DNA of 64,000 nucleotides from Malacoraja senta (lineage: Eukaryota), in the NCBI GenBank assembly GCA_038087875.1, contig CM075998.1, positions 4,404,001 to 4,468,000 of the forward strand, written 5' to 3'. Below, in pieces: positions 13,944 through 26,606 of this stretch. Numbering within the stretch: position 1 is the first letter of the stretch; each line of letters starts with the position of its first letter. The notes under the pieces were generated by a model that had not been told where the DNA came from, ran no database searches, and was given only the letters and a program-made list of their open reading frames with translations. The position numbers were made by a program, and so were the translations under genes.

Positions 13944-14952
13944 ATCAAGTGTGTTGGTGGTGGAATGAAAGCTGGAAGAGAAGAGGGGCTAGATAAAGCC
14001 TGGCAAATGATAGGTGGAGGGGAGGCTTGATAGGCAGATGACTGGACAAAGGCCAGAGAAGGAAAGACAAAAAGTATAAGACAAGGATGAGAATTGTGAA
14101 TCCAGAGGAAGGAATATAGGTGGAAGGGGAGGAGGGGGGGGGGGGGGGGGGGGAGGGAAGTTCCTTATATCCTCCGGAGATGCTGCCTGGCCTACTCCAA
14201 CGCTGCCTTTTTTGTAAACCAGCATCTGCAGCACAAGCCTTGTAATGGTGTCGTAATAGACCGATAAAGGTAACTTGGACTTAGAAAGTTCAGAGATAGG
14301 GGAGAGTGGTAAGTATATGGGGGGGGGGGGGGGGGGGGGAGAAAGGGAAGAAGGCAATCCAAACTATTTTCCTACAGAACAACAACTAAGTATCATCAAT
14401 TCTCCAAACACCCCAAAACTCAGAAGAGCCACCTTAAGGAATGGATGGAACCAGTTCGGTCAACCGTTCCAAAATGAACATGTTGCTATTTTAAACATGC
14501 ATGGATAAGATGATCGCCGATTGACAAGCATCCAAGTGTGCCTGTATCCAAGCATGTACACAACCCATGGGGACAAATTAATATTCCGTGCCATTCATTA
14601 ATGGAAAGACTGAATTACTTTGTGTAGAATAGTTGCGGTTCCCATTTCCACTCCAGGCTCTCAGATTTTAAACATCCATTTCTTGGCTGTGGCCCTTTTC
14701 AAAAACAGATCCTCGACTATTTTAACTAAAAAGCTCCATTGCTTTGATTAACTTCTGCTTCTCAATAGGCAAATAAAATGTTCAAACTAGATCTTTTGGG
14801 ATAATTTGTATTGCAAGAGCAGCCATTTGGCTAGTTTTCAAACTTTAGCACAGATTAATTGAATACTACTGGAGCGTACCATTCATGTACAAAAGATGTA
14901 ATTAGCATTTAGGCAGTGAACAAGGAGAGAGGAAAAACAAAACACTACTTAC

Positions 14953-15002
14953 TACACATAGTTTAGAGCTCCACGAAATTCCAATTGAACAGTGTAGTTC
15001 AC
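14953..15002 (-). CDS. TMEM106C: TMEM106C coding exon 5 (VNYTVQLEFRGALNYVY), 50 nt
   Basis: Acceptor ctttgcag, donor gtaagt; frame is maintained. Confidence 0.92.
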
Positions 15003-15179
15003 CTGCAAAGTTAAATTAATTGATTAAGTTAATAGATACAAGAAAAAGGTGAAACAATAAAGTTGAATATCACTTTCACTTCTGGTCAATCTATTTCCTT
15101 CACAAGTGGTCTTATCTATTAGCTACTTTTAAAAGGTGTGAACAGAGCCCCGGCAATTCAGTCCTAAAGTGTCAGTAGC

Positions 15180-15630
15180 AGAAACAAAGAATTGCAGATG
15201 TGCTGGAGTAACTCAGTGGGTCAGGAAGCATCTCTGGAGAAAAAGGAATCGTCATATTGAAGGGAGGGGGGGGGGGGGGATGGGGAGGCGGGGAGAGATG
15301 AGGAGCTGGAGGCGAGAAAAACAATCAGGGACAGCAACAAATGACCTCAGGCTGGGTGGTGCCCTGGTAGGCCCATTGTTGGCTGGAAAGGGGGTGATCT
15401 CAGGAGGGAAACAATCTGGCGAACTGTGGAACTGGTTAAAAAAAACTAGGGCAGAGGATATGGAATGGGGAGTGTTGGTAGAAGTTACTTAACGTTGGAG
15501 ACTTCAACGTTCATACCGCTGGGTGGTATGCTACCCAAGCAAAATGTGAGGTGCTTTTCCTCCAATTTGCATGTAGCCTCATGCTGGCAATGGAAGAGAT
15601 CCAGGGCAGAAAGGGCAGTGTGGGGAAGGG
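15180..15630 (-). mobile_element. Penelope-like element 3' fragment
   Basis: Nucleotide similarity to 45200-45350 (ttcaacgttcataccgctggg...ctcctccaatttg) plus the terminal repeat. Confidence 0.7.
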
Positions 15631-16663
15631 GAGGTGCTAAAGTGTCACTGTCTCGTTTTTATTTGTTCACAAAATGTGGACATCGCACATTTACTATTCA
15701 TACGACTGAACCAGTTGAAGAGTTAACTACATTTTGGATCTTAAGTTAAATATAGGCAAGGCAAGAATCAGCAGTCGAAAACTTTAGTCGTTAGCCTCGT
15801 AATCCTACCACTGTTATTGCAGTCCAATTTTATGACATTTGAACACGAGGTAGCTGGAATAACAAATAACCAGTGGTTGTTATATCTGGTATCAAGGTGG
15901 TAAAATAGTATACGCTTGTTTTTACTTAGCAATGCATTATTAGAAGCTTCTTTTGTACAAAGACTCGAGGCCTGATTAATCTACATTGTTCATGAGTACT
16001 GAGCAACTACAAAAATGGTGAAGTAATATCCCAGGCTCAAAAGAGTACCACTTGACCTAAAAGTCAAACTCTAGGCAAGTTAAAGGACAGCCCAAATGTT
16101 GAATCAAATCAGTGGAAAATTAGGTGCCCATTTAGCCTTAAGTGGGCATGATGCCAAATTTACCACTGGCCATTGAGAGCCATAAATCTTTGCCAAGAAA
16201 TGAATTTGCACACCACTTCTACCAACGTTTTGTATCGTTTCAAAATCAGAAATTAATGTGGTGCATCCTATTAAGGGTGGCGCAGTTAGTAGTGCTGGTA
16301 CCTCAGCTCCAGCTACCTAGTTCAATCCTGACCTTGGGTCCTGTCAGTGGCTTTCTTTGGAGTGCTCAGTTTTTCTCCCACATCCCAAAAGCTGGGCAGG
16401 AAGGCAAACGATCTGGCCACTACAAATTGCCCCAAGTGTGTGGATGAGTGATAGAAACTGGGGAGTGTCAATGGGTATGTTCAGAGAGGTAAGGTTTAGG
16501 TTGTATAGTGCAAATGGCTACGTGAAGTCTCGCACACAGCTCTGTGGGAGTTGGTTTCCATAGTGCACCTATTTCGCACCCAGAATATAGCAAGTTATGC
16601 TATAGTCCGAGGAAGCAGAATACCTACAATAGAAGAGGCAAAGAAAATCCAACACAAAGTTAC

Positions 16664-16804
16664 CTGTTTCTCACTTAGAGGTGGTATAACCGAAACATTA
16701 TTCATCTGCTTTGTTCCAATCACAGTTTTCATGTACTGGACTTGGCTAGTAAGTGTATCGACAGAAACCGCATAAAAATTGGAGTTACTAATGTTGAGCG
16801 TACT
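16664..16804 (-). CDS. TMEM106C: TMEM106C coding exon 4 (STLNISNSNFYAVSVDTLTSQVQYMKTVIGTKQMNNVSVIPPLSEKQ), 141 nt
   Basis: Acceptor ttcatttcag, donor gtaact; NSNFY and QYM-TV motifs of the luminal domain. Confidence 0.95.
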
Positions 16805-18242
16805 CTGAAATGAAAAAGAAAGTCTATTTCAGGAATAACACGACTGATGGCATTACATTTTTCTGATGAAGCAATGCAGACCTAGATTGAGTAACAACCT
16901 CACACAACATCACAGCAAACTACAAGGGCAACCCAGAGCTTGCAGTAACCTGCCATTTTAAATCGGTCCCATTCCCGCCAAGGTCTTCATCCTTCTATGC
17001 CGTTCTAAAGATGCACAACACCAGCTCGAGGAACAGCCTATCCAAGGAGCAGTATTGAATCACCGCTTCACCTCCCTCTCTGGGGTCTTTGCTTTAGTTT
17101 CAATTTGTTTCTTTTTAACCCATTGCTCCCAATGCCAACTTTTGCAGTAGTTGTTCTGTTGCCAACACTCCATCACATGCATTCCACCAGTTCGCTTCAC
17201 CTCTATGCTCTCTTATTTCAGTTCTGTAGGGCCCATGATCTGCAATATTAACTACTTGCCCCACAGATGAGACTTCCAAGCTCTTCCAGCATTATCCATT
17301 TATTTTGATCTTTGGAAGAGTAGCTATGCACAATTGTGTGCACAGTAAACCCCCCCTTTCAAATAGCTTTCAATAAACACTCATGAAAAGACAGGACTAA
17401 AGCAGGTCACATCCAATGTGCAATTTTAAAAACAGTCCAGACACTTATTTGTCTTATGATAATAACATTTCATAAAATAATCCATGATCACTGCTAGAGA
17501 GTTAGAAGTGGGCTATAAAGCACTGAATACAATTACAGATTCAGACATTACTGGTATTTGGTGGGTGGGGAAAATTCACAACACATTTAAAGACAAAATG
17601 GATCCAATAAAAAGCTTTTACTCATTGTACAACAACATACAGATGAGAGAGATTAGAGCAAGCCAAAAAGCCTGAACTAACATCAGGCAATAGTGAAATA
17701 TATACAAACTATCTTTCTCTTATGACACTACCTTTTAGGGTGTCATTTTTTAAAATTAGACTTCTGGTTATGATTGAGTCACAAAGATGAACACTTGGTT
17801 GAAGTAGGTTACCTGAAAAATGTATTCAAAAACATCTGCTTTAGGATACTGGGAAAGTTTTATTGTTTAACATCTTATGTCCTGCAAATTACCCTGCTAT
17901 TCCCATTTGCAGAGTTGGCTGTCCATACTCTAAGTTATTGGGACATTTTGGCCAACACACAAGTAAAATCCCAGACAATGATGAAGCAGTTCTGAATAGA
18001 AGTTGGAGTTTTAGACCCATTCACATTATCAAGTGCCCTACCTTAACCATATCACCTCTTTATATAGCAGCTGGACTTTGGTGCAAATGAACCATATAAC
18101 AAGGTCTGGGATTCCGTTTGATATGAAAGCATTAAAAGCACTAACATTTTTTTTATGAAAAGCAATGAGACAAAAGCAATATCATTTAAAACACAAGGAT
18201 ATAGCTTTAATGGAATAAATGAGAATTATTTTCAAACATTAC

Positions 18243-18402
18243 CGTCATATCAATGACAACTCTGGTGTTATTTTTGTCAAACGTTACTATAACCACTCGG
18301 ATTCCGTCATCACTCACAGCCACTGACCGAGGGAACAGGAAGAAGACAACCAATCCAGATATGAAGAGGCACAGGAAAATGGATATGAAGACATACAATT
18401 TC
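18243..18402 (-). CDS. TMEM106C: TMEM106C coding exon 3, transmembrane helix (KLYVFISIFLCLFISGLVVFFLFPRSVAVSDDGIRVVIVTFDKNNTRVVIDMT), 160 nt
   Basis: Acceptor acatttcag, donor gtaatg; hydrophobic segment ending in FFLFPRS; 'DDGI' resembles TMEM106C more than TMEM106B as recalled. Confidence 0.95.
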
Positions 18403-18569
18403 CTGAAATGTAAAAAGTGATCAATTTAAAGGTTCCCTTCAGAAAGCATTACTTTTCAAAATAGTTTGAGTCCCAAAAAAATAATTATGTTAGCTACAAG
18501 CTCTTTAGTATTAGCGAAATGAAACTTTTGCCCAGTGGAAAAATAAGCAGAACAAACCAGGTAAATAAT

Positions 18570-18636
18570 TTTTTTTCTCTCTCTCTCTCTCTCTTTCTCC
18601 CCCCACCCCCACCCCCACCCCCACCCCCACCCCCCA
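18570..18636. repeat. (TC)n followed by (CCCCCA)n microsatellite
   Basis: Directly visible in the sequence. Confidence 0.9.
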
Positions 18637-18911
18637 GTTAGGAGACAAATTATGTATATTTGAGGTGGAAGGCTCAACTATCCAACTTCAAGTGGAACAC
18701 TTGACGCAATTGTCATCAAATTGTCAATAAAAAGACCTGTCACTTGTGCAACTTTCAAAACTATTAAGAACTCTGGATCACATATTAATATTGAATGTCA
18801 AAATGCAAAGTCAGATTACCCAAGTTAGGCTCGCAAATAATAGTGACATCTTGATGATCTAAAGAAAGCCACATATCAAAATGATTACAGAACTCACTAA
18901 TGCAGGATTAA

Positions 18912-19115
18912 AGAGAGACACAAAATGCTGTAGTAACTCAGTAGGGACAGGCAACATCTTTGGAGAGAAGGAATGGGTGACGCTTCGGGTCGAGACTCGA
19001 CGCGAAATGTCACTCATTCCTTCTGTCCAGATATGCTACTTGTCCCTACTGAGTTACTCCAGCAATTATGCGTCTCTCTTCAGTTTAAACTGACATCTGC
19101 AGTTCCTTCCTACAC
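18912..19115. mobile_element. Fold-back (palindromic) element made of two inverted Penelope terminal repeats
   Basis: gagagacacaaaatgctgtagtaactcagtagggacagg...cttgtccctactgagttactccagcaattatgcgtctctc. Confidence 0.7.
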
Positions 19116-20241
19116 AGGATCAAAGAGATACAAGCTTGCATCAAACTATCATTTACCATAGTGCAGATTGGCCATCGTAAAAACAGTGGTATAGGGCAGG
19201 TTTAAGATTTAAAGTGGAAAGAAACATACAAATCTCTCAGACACTGCAGGATTGTGACCAATTTCCAACTACTCTACCAGAAAAATAAATTGCTTCCCTC
19301 GCTGACACTAAAACTGGTCTAACTGGGATACCCTTCAACAACAAGCAGGCAGAGGACCTGTCCATTGCCAGTGGCTGTTGGACGAGTTTATTATGTTCCA
19401 TGAAGCTTGTGAGAGGCATAGTCATCACTCCATGACCCTCCACTCTCATACCCATGTATTCTATCACCAAGTACATTCTCCAATTGGTGAGCTGGCCATC
19501 ACACAGAGCCCACCAACCCACAGGTGAACGGAGCTATATGACAATCAACAGAACAAAAAGTCAACAGAATGGCTTCCATGACGTTGAATTTAGCCTCCTC
19601 ACATCTGCCGAGACAGCATAAAGACTACTGCAAATAGTCAATTGCACACCGACCAATCCATCATAGATCCAGTCAGAGCTATACAGAATGGAAACACTCC
19701 TTTTGATATATTTTCTTAGTTATTTATTCTGGCCAAGACCCATTTGCCTGCTCCTTCTAGTCAGGCATTCTTCAATGAAAAGCACCCCCCCCCCCCCACC
19801 GAAAAAAATCAATCTACATTAAGGCTTTAAAATTGACCAACTTTCCTAAATTCACCTCTTAAAAGAGAAAGTAGTAATTCTAAATTGGCGTCCAACCTCA
19901 AATACTGCAACCTTTAAACTGAATTTATAGCAGCTAATTGTCATTTCTAGTTTGCTGCCAAGTCAAAGTCCATTGGAATTGTGAATGCAGGACTCAATAT
20001 AAAATGTTAATCCCAGGTATTGCCGAGTTCTGCAACTACAAGGACAGTGAAGGCCAATTATTATAGCTCAGCCACTACTGGACTAGGTCTAAATTAGGCT
20101 CATTGGACATCAATTCTTCAAATCTGTCGAGACCTCCCGAATGACATTTAGCAGTGGAAAACTGACCAGTTTAAGCTTTAACAAGTCTAAGCACACAATA
20201 TGCAACAGCAAGCTGCAGATTATAGTCCATGCAAGACTTAC

Positions 20242-20305
20242 GTTCTTTGTGGCTGTAACCTCTGGTCACTGTATGGGATCAAAGCCACCAATTCATTTAT
20301 CTGCC
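20242..20305 (-). CDS. TMEM106C: TMEM106C coding exon 2 (GQINELVALIPYSDQRLQPQRT), 64 nt
   Basis: Translated by hand (absent from the ORF track); acceptor ttgtttttcag, donor gtaagt; ELVALIPYSDQRL family motif; phase-compatible with neighbours. Confidence 0.95.
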
Positions 20306-21416
20306 CTGAAAAACAAAAATTAGAGAGCTCAGCAAATCAAATTTACAGCATTAGAGAACAAAGCAATAAAGAAATTACCAAATAAATTACTTAATAGCCA
20401 CCCGCAGATTTTCTCCATATCATGAATCATGAATAACTTGAGTATTATGGGTTATAATACTCAACTTTAGAATACTAAAGGAGGTGCAGAAGATTAATAA
20501 AAGCCTAGCAACTATGGTACAAAACCACCAGGAAAATAAAAATGTGAGGGGGCCAGAAAACCAAACAGAGGGGTGGAAGAAAAGCCCATATTACAGATAA
20601 AAATTAATTTTGGAAATAATCAGGTCAGGCAGCACCTGCGGAGAGAAGAAAAAGTTAATATTTCAGGTTGATGGTCTTTCAGAGCTCGGGGAAAGAAGTT
20701 AAAAATGAAAACAAGTAGGAATGTCTGGGTTGGGTGGAAACTAAAGAAACCAAAATTTCACAAGTGGTGATGGTGCCAGCTGAGACAATGAAGACTTAAA
20801 AATCACACACAATCTATCCAGAGATGTAGTAAATGAGATGGTGTTACAAGGGAACAGGTTCAAGGATCTGACCAATCGAACAGAAAAAGGCTCACTCGTC
20901 TGTTTAGTTACAAATCAGTTTTATTGGCAAGAGAGGACAAAAACAATACTTGTCTGGGTATGCACGGGGTCAGTTTTACAGCAGCACACCTGACACTCTC
21001 TCTCTCTGTCCGCGGCGCTGATCATGAATCAGCCAGTCGGTGAACCCCTCTCATATATGAACTAATTTCTGGCTTACTGGCGCCTGCCTTTATACAGGTA
21101 AGAAATCAGCTGTTGAAATAACCGCAGGTAAGTCCTGGCCAATAGCACTGCTCCCAAATTCAAACTATAACCAATTGCAGGGGACTGCATCCGAGCGAGG
21201 CCATACCCCCCCCCCCCCGGGAATAAAGCGCTATCAGCCGCAGACTGGCGCGTAAAGCAATACACAGCACTACACACCTGCCGCGTAAATCAATACACAC
21301 AGCGCTACAGACTTGGTGCGCAAAGGTTTAAACAGAGCGCTGTTGGCTTAGCAAGTGGGGATTTAAACAAAGAGCTATCGGCTGCAGCGCCATGGGTTCG
21401 AAATATAGCGCTACCA

Positions 21417-24382
21417 CAGGGCTCGAAATTAGCGGTTGCCCGGGTGCCACTGACCACTCAAAGCGCCGCCGGGCAACCTAAACACCGAGTCATTTTGCCC
21501 GGCTTGGCAACCAGATACTGGTTTGTACCGAAGATAGACACAAAAAACTGGAATAACTCCGCGGGTCAGGCAGCATCCCTGGAGAAAAGGAACGCGACGT
21601 TTCGTGTCGGCGGTGGCTGTGTGGGGCAGATACTAGGTGTGGGGTGAGGAAGTGTCGGAGCGAATGACGGGCCCCGAACAGCGGCAGCAGCAGCAGCGGC
21701 CGCGACAGCGGCTCCACCGCCTCCTCCTCCCGCACCCCGCCCGCCCCGTTAAGGGCCTCTGCTTGTAAATCCGCTACAAACCCTCCCACACTCCGCGGCC
21801 GGGAGGAGGGAGGGAGGGAGGGGGAGGCCTCGGCTTGCGGGAGGGTTTATTTTGAAAGCGCGGTTAGCGGATTTACAAGCAGAGGCTCTTATCAGGGCGG
21901 GCGGGAGGAGGAGATGGAGCTGCTGTTCGCGGCCGCTGCTGCCGCTGTGCGGGGCCCGTCATTCGCTCCGACTCGTCTGAAGCAGCTGCACCAAAGATCT
22001 TATAGCTATAGGATCTCCGAGCTGCACCGCCCGGCCCCGCACCTTGCTGTTGGCTGGCGGAGGAGGGAGGCGGTGGCGAGGAGTTCCCAACGGCAAAGGC
22101 AGCGGGGCGATGTTGTCCGAGGAGCGCTGACCTTCCCTCCTCCCCACCTCACCCCCCCTCTCTCTCTCGTACACCCCCTCCACCCCCTTATCCTGGGACC
22201 CTCCACTCCATCCCGCACTGATCTCCATTCCCGCCTCTATTCAGTCCTCACTGACATCCCCTGTGCTCCCCTCCCCATCTACCCCCCCCCATCTATTCAT
22301 CCTGCGCTGATCACCCTATCCACCTCGCATTGATTCTCCTGCCACCCCCCCCCATCCATCCTACACTCGTTCCCCAATTCACCCTGTACTTACCCCTTTC
22401 CAAGCCATCCTGCACTTCTCCTCCATCCATCCTGTACTGATCCCCCATCCATCCTATACTAATTCACACATTCATCCCATACTGACCCACCTCCATTTAC
22501 CCTGCACCTTCCTCCCCTTCATCCTGTAGTGATAGAAACATAGAAAACAGGCACAGGAGTAGGCCATTCGGCCCTTCGAGCCTGCCCATTCAATATGATC
22601 ATGGCTGATCATCCAACTCAGTATCCTGTACCTGCCTTCTCTCCATACCCCCTGATCCCTTTAGCCACAAGAGCCACATCTAACTGTCTTAAATATAGCC
22701 AATGAACTGGCCTCAACTACCTTCTGTGGCAGAGAATTCCACAGATTCACCACTCTCTGTGTAAAAAATGATTTTCTCATCTCGGTCCTAAAAGACTTCC
22801 CCCTTATCCTTAAACTGTGACCCATTGTTCTGGACTTCCCCAACATCGGGAATAATCTTCCTGCATCTAGCCTGTCCAACCCCTTAAGAATTTTGTAATT
22901 TTATATAAGATCCCCCCTCAATCTTCTAAATTCTAGCGAGTACAAGCCAAGTCTATCCAGTCTTTCTTCATATGAAAGTCCTGCCATCCCAGGAATCAGT
23001 CTGGTGAACCTTCTCTGCACTCCCTCTATGGCAAGAATGTCTTTCCTCAGATTAGGAGACCAAAATTGTACGCAATACTCCAGGTGTGGTCTCACCAAGA
23101 CCCTGTACAACTGCAGTAGAACCTCCCAGTTCTTATACTCAAATCCTTTTGCTATGAATGCTAACATACCATTCGCTTTCTTCACTGCCTGCTGCACCTG
23201 CATGCCTACTTTCAATGACTGGTGTACCATGACACCCAGGTCTCGTTGCATCTCCCCTTTTCCCCCATTTATCCTGCACAGACCCTCCAATCCACACTGT
23301 ACTGACCCCCCCCCTCCCCATTCATCCTGCGCTGATCTCCCCCCCCCCCATCCATCCTGTACTGATCCTCCCATTCAAGAAGAATGGGGGGAACAGTCTG
23401 AAGAAGGCTCTCGACACGAAACGTTGCCTATTTCCTTCGCTCCATAGATGCTGCCTCACCCGCTGAGTTTCTCCAGCACTTTTGTCTACCCACATCCATC
23501 CCGTACTGAACCCCCCCATTCAACACCACTGACATCCCCGGTGCTCTCCCCTCACAATTTTACCTACTCCAACCAACACGTACTAATTCACCTGCCTCAA
23601 TTCATCCATTCTGCACCGACTGCCTTCTAACCCCCCCCCCCCCCGCCATCTATCCACCCCGCACTGATTCACACACACACACCCCTCCCTGACCCTATTG
23701 TGCTGCAAATGTCTTCAGAGCGAACATTGACTATGTTTGATAACGGAATGCAATCAAATGTGTTTTAATTCCCAATGTTATTATTTGTTTTAATCCATAA
23801 AGATGGATTAATTAAACTGTGAACACGTGAAACATTAAAACCGCAGTGTTCGATTGTCACTGCTGCCGTTGACACGTTATTACAGAATTCATTTTAACGG
23901 CAAAACAATGCTCTTAATATGGAGTATCAGTACTGTAGTTATTTAATGAGCAACATTCATACCTATACGTACGCATATATGTTACCATGGTCCAGGATTT
24001 ATTGACACAGGTTGATCAGACGCTGAATAATCCAACCATATTTTTGTTTGGAAGTGGAAAGAACTAATAGAAATTGCATTAATTGCAATGTGTAAAAAGA
24101 GTTGAGATACTGTCTTATAATTTTGCTGCATGTCATTGGGTGATATAGCATGTCTTGATTGGTGAATATGTTTAGTTTGTGACTTTATTTGAAGCAGAAA
24201 TAATATGTGAAAGCTTCATTGAGTATAATTCCGACTGGTAACTACGCACTTCGTCCGAGCACATTATCGCACGCGCCATGCAAGCCATCTTAAGTGACCA
24301 CCTAAACTGTCATTTGGCAACCTAAAAAGCAGCCAAGGTTGCCCGGCTGGCAACAGGGAAAAAAAGTTAAGCGAGAGCCCTG
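21417..24382. mobile_element. Non-autonomous hAT-like DNA transposon (2966 bp) with nested CR1 and Penelope fragments
   Basis: Termini CAGGGCTC...GAGCCCTG; subterminal ggttgccc/ggcaac motifs at both ends; flanking direct repeat TACCA. Confidence 0.75.
22534..23252 (-). mobile_element. CR1-type LINE 3' end nested in a hAT-like element
   Basis: QRDLGV-VH-SLK...LVRPHLEYCVQFWSP...RLRGDLI; FFTQRVVNLWNSLP; (ttctatgt) tail. Confidence 0.92.
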
Positions 24383-26074
24383 TACCATCCGCAGCGCTAT
24401 TGGGTTTAAATATAGCGCTACCGGCCACAGCGCTATGGGCTTTAAACATGGGTCACAGACTGTTCAGGCAAAATTCTCAGAAACAGATGGGAACAGAGGA
24501 AACAAAACACAATGCAAGAAGTATGAAGGAAAATGCTAAAAATACTCAGCGAGTCTGGAGTGTAAAATGTTATAAATTGACGACTTCTCATCGGAACTGG
24601 TATATATGTATGGCTGGTTATCTGGAATTGAATTCAAAGTCACAAGGTCTTGCAAGTATCCATCTTGCAGCCAAGAGACCATTCCTTTAGCCCATGTAGG
24701 GTTTTGTTAGAATAGTGTATGTGGTCAGAGTGGGAGGCTTAAAGTAACAGGCAACTGGAAGCTCAGTCACCCTTACAGACTGAACAGAGGTATTCTGCAC
24801 AGCGATCACCTTTTCTGCATTGTAGAGGAGATCACAAGCACCAAATAGTACAAACAAATCACTACTTCACCTGAAGTGATCATTGCATATGGGAAGAGGT
24901 AAAGAACGGGTGTTGTAACTCATACAGTTGTATGGGATGGTGTTGACATTTTCCATGCATCCTCGGAGATAGGCAGGTGGAGGAAGAATCAGTAATGTGA
25001 AAACAAGACCAAGCTGGTAGCTGGATGCAAAGTTAATTAAACTATTTTTGTATGATATGAGGAAGCAGCACTAAACCCCCCTGTCGATGTCCCAATAATC
25101 CACTTGCAATTCCAATTTAGTGCACTGCATTTGGTGCTCGTGATGCAATCTCCTTTAACTGGAGAAAGGAAATACAGTGTCAGTGGCTGTTTCGCATATG
25201 ACACATTTTCAATATGCAATCCCATCGCCGACCTACTAATACCAATTCATTCTCTCTCTTGATCACTTCTCACTTGCATGTGTTCCAACAGAGCCCAACA
25301 CAAACAAGTATGGAGAAACAGCAGCTTATCATCAGAATAGGAAAATAAATAATGAGCATCAACAGCTGCATTTAACAACTTCAAATAAACAGCCTTTCCC
25401 CATTGTATCAGACTTGGACAGTTGATGAATAACCAACCTGTAGCATTTAACTCATGATTTCTTTCTGCAAATTATAGCTGGAAATGCTCTTTCAGATCAC
25501 TGACATTTGCAGCGTTTTGTACCTCAGTTCCACAATTTTCCCATTTCTTCTGTTCATCTTCCCCATCCAGAGAATCAGCTGTGAACAATAATGCTCTGCC
25601 ACAAGTCAGTCAGCCTGCACTCTCCACCTTACTAAAGGGGTTGCTTTGCTTTTCTCTACAATGCAAGCAATTTCCAACATTTCCTAATTCTGCTGAAAGG
25701 TCAAAGATTATCAACCCAAAACCGCCAGGATTTCCAGCATCTGCAATGCTCTCCCTTCTAAGCAGCTTAGATTGCACCTGCTTGCCGCCATTCTCAGTCT
25801 TGATCAACGCCATGTGTAGGACAACAGACATTGTAACCTCTTTCCTCCCACTGGCATCCAGAAATAAAAAACTTAAAATCCAGTGTTCTGGTGGTAAGGA
25901 GATTTGCAGAGACTGGTAGAAACATGGCTCATACAAATAAGTTCACTGGGTACACACACATTTCCCTCATAACTAGATGTTTACATCACATTCAAATGCA
26001 GTGCCATAGAAGCCCATTGTCTTCATTCTTGTTCTGAAAAAGGAAATAAATCTGGATTTACAATTGTGCACAGA

Positions 26075-26606
26075 GATCAACATCAAAAGATCCTTCAGGA
26101 GGGTGATACCTCGCAAAGCTTCTGTACCTGGTGGTTCACCTGGTTGCATTCTCAAAACTTGCACATACCAACTGGCTGGAGCTTTTGCAGACAGCTTCAA
26201 ACTCTCCTTACTGAGATCCGATGTTCACACATGCTTTAAAAGGGCAGGAATAATAGAAGAGTAAGGTGACGTGCCTCAATGACTACTAACTGGTGACACC
26301 AACGTCCGCGTGATAAAGTGCTTTGAGAGGTTGCATAACTCCTACCTCAACAAGAACCTGGACCCACTACAGTTTGCCTACCACCTCAATAGATCAACAG
26401 GGGATGCGATCTACTACAGCTCAACGTTCAACATCATCACCCCCTCCAAACTTGTTGCCAAGCTCACGGAACTGGGTCTCTGTGCATCCCTTTGCAACTG
26501 GATCGACAGCTGCATCAACAAAACAATCTTACAAATCAGCAACACTTCCTCCTCAATGATTACAGGCACACCTCAAGGCCGTGTGCTCAGTCCCCTGCTC
26601 TACTAA
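26075..26606 (+). mobile_element. Rex1/Babar-like LINE RT fragment
   Basis: KCFERL...LDPLQFAY...SLCNWI...TGTPQG-VLSPLLY. Confidence 0.8.

Noticed and set aside
22260..23700. Recurrent ccatccatcctg-actga units resembling a spaced repeat array (CRISPR-like)
   Set aside because: Degenerate C-rich minisatellite within a eukaryotic transposon; no constant repeat/spacer structure and no cas genes.
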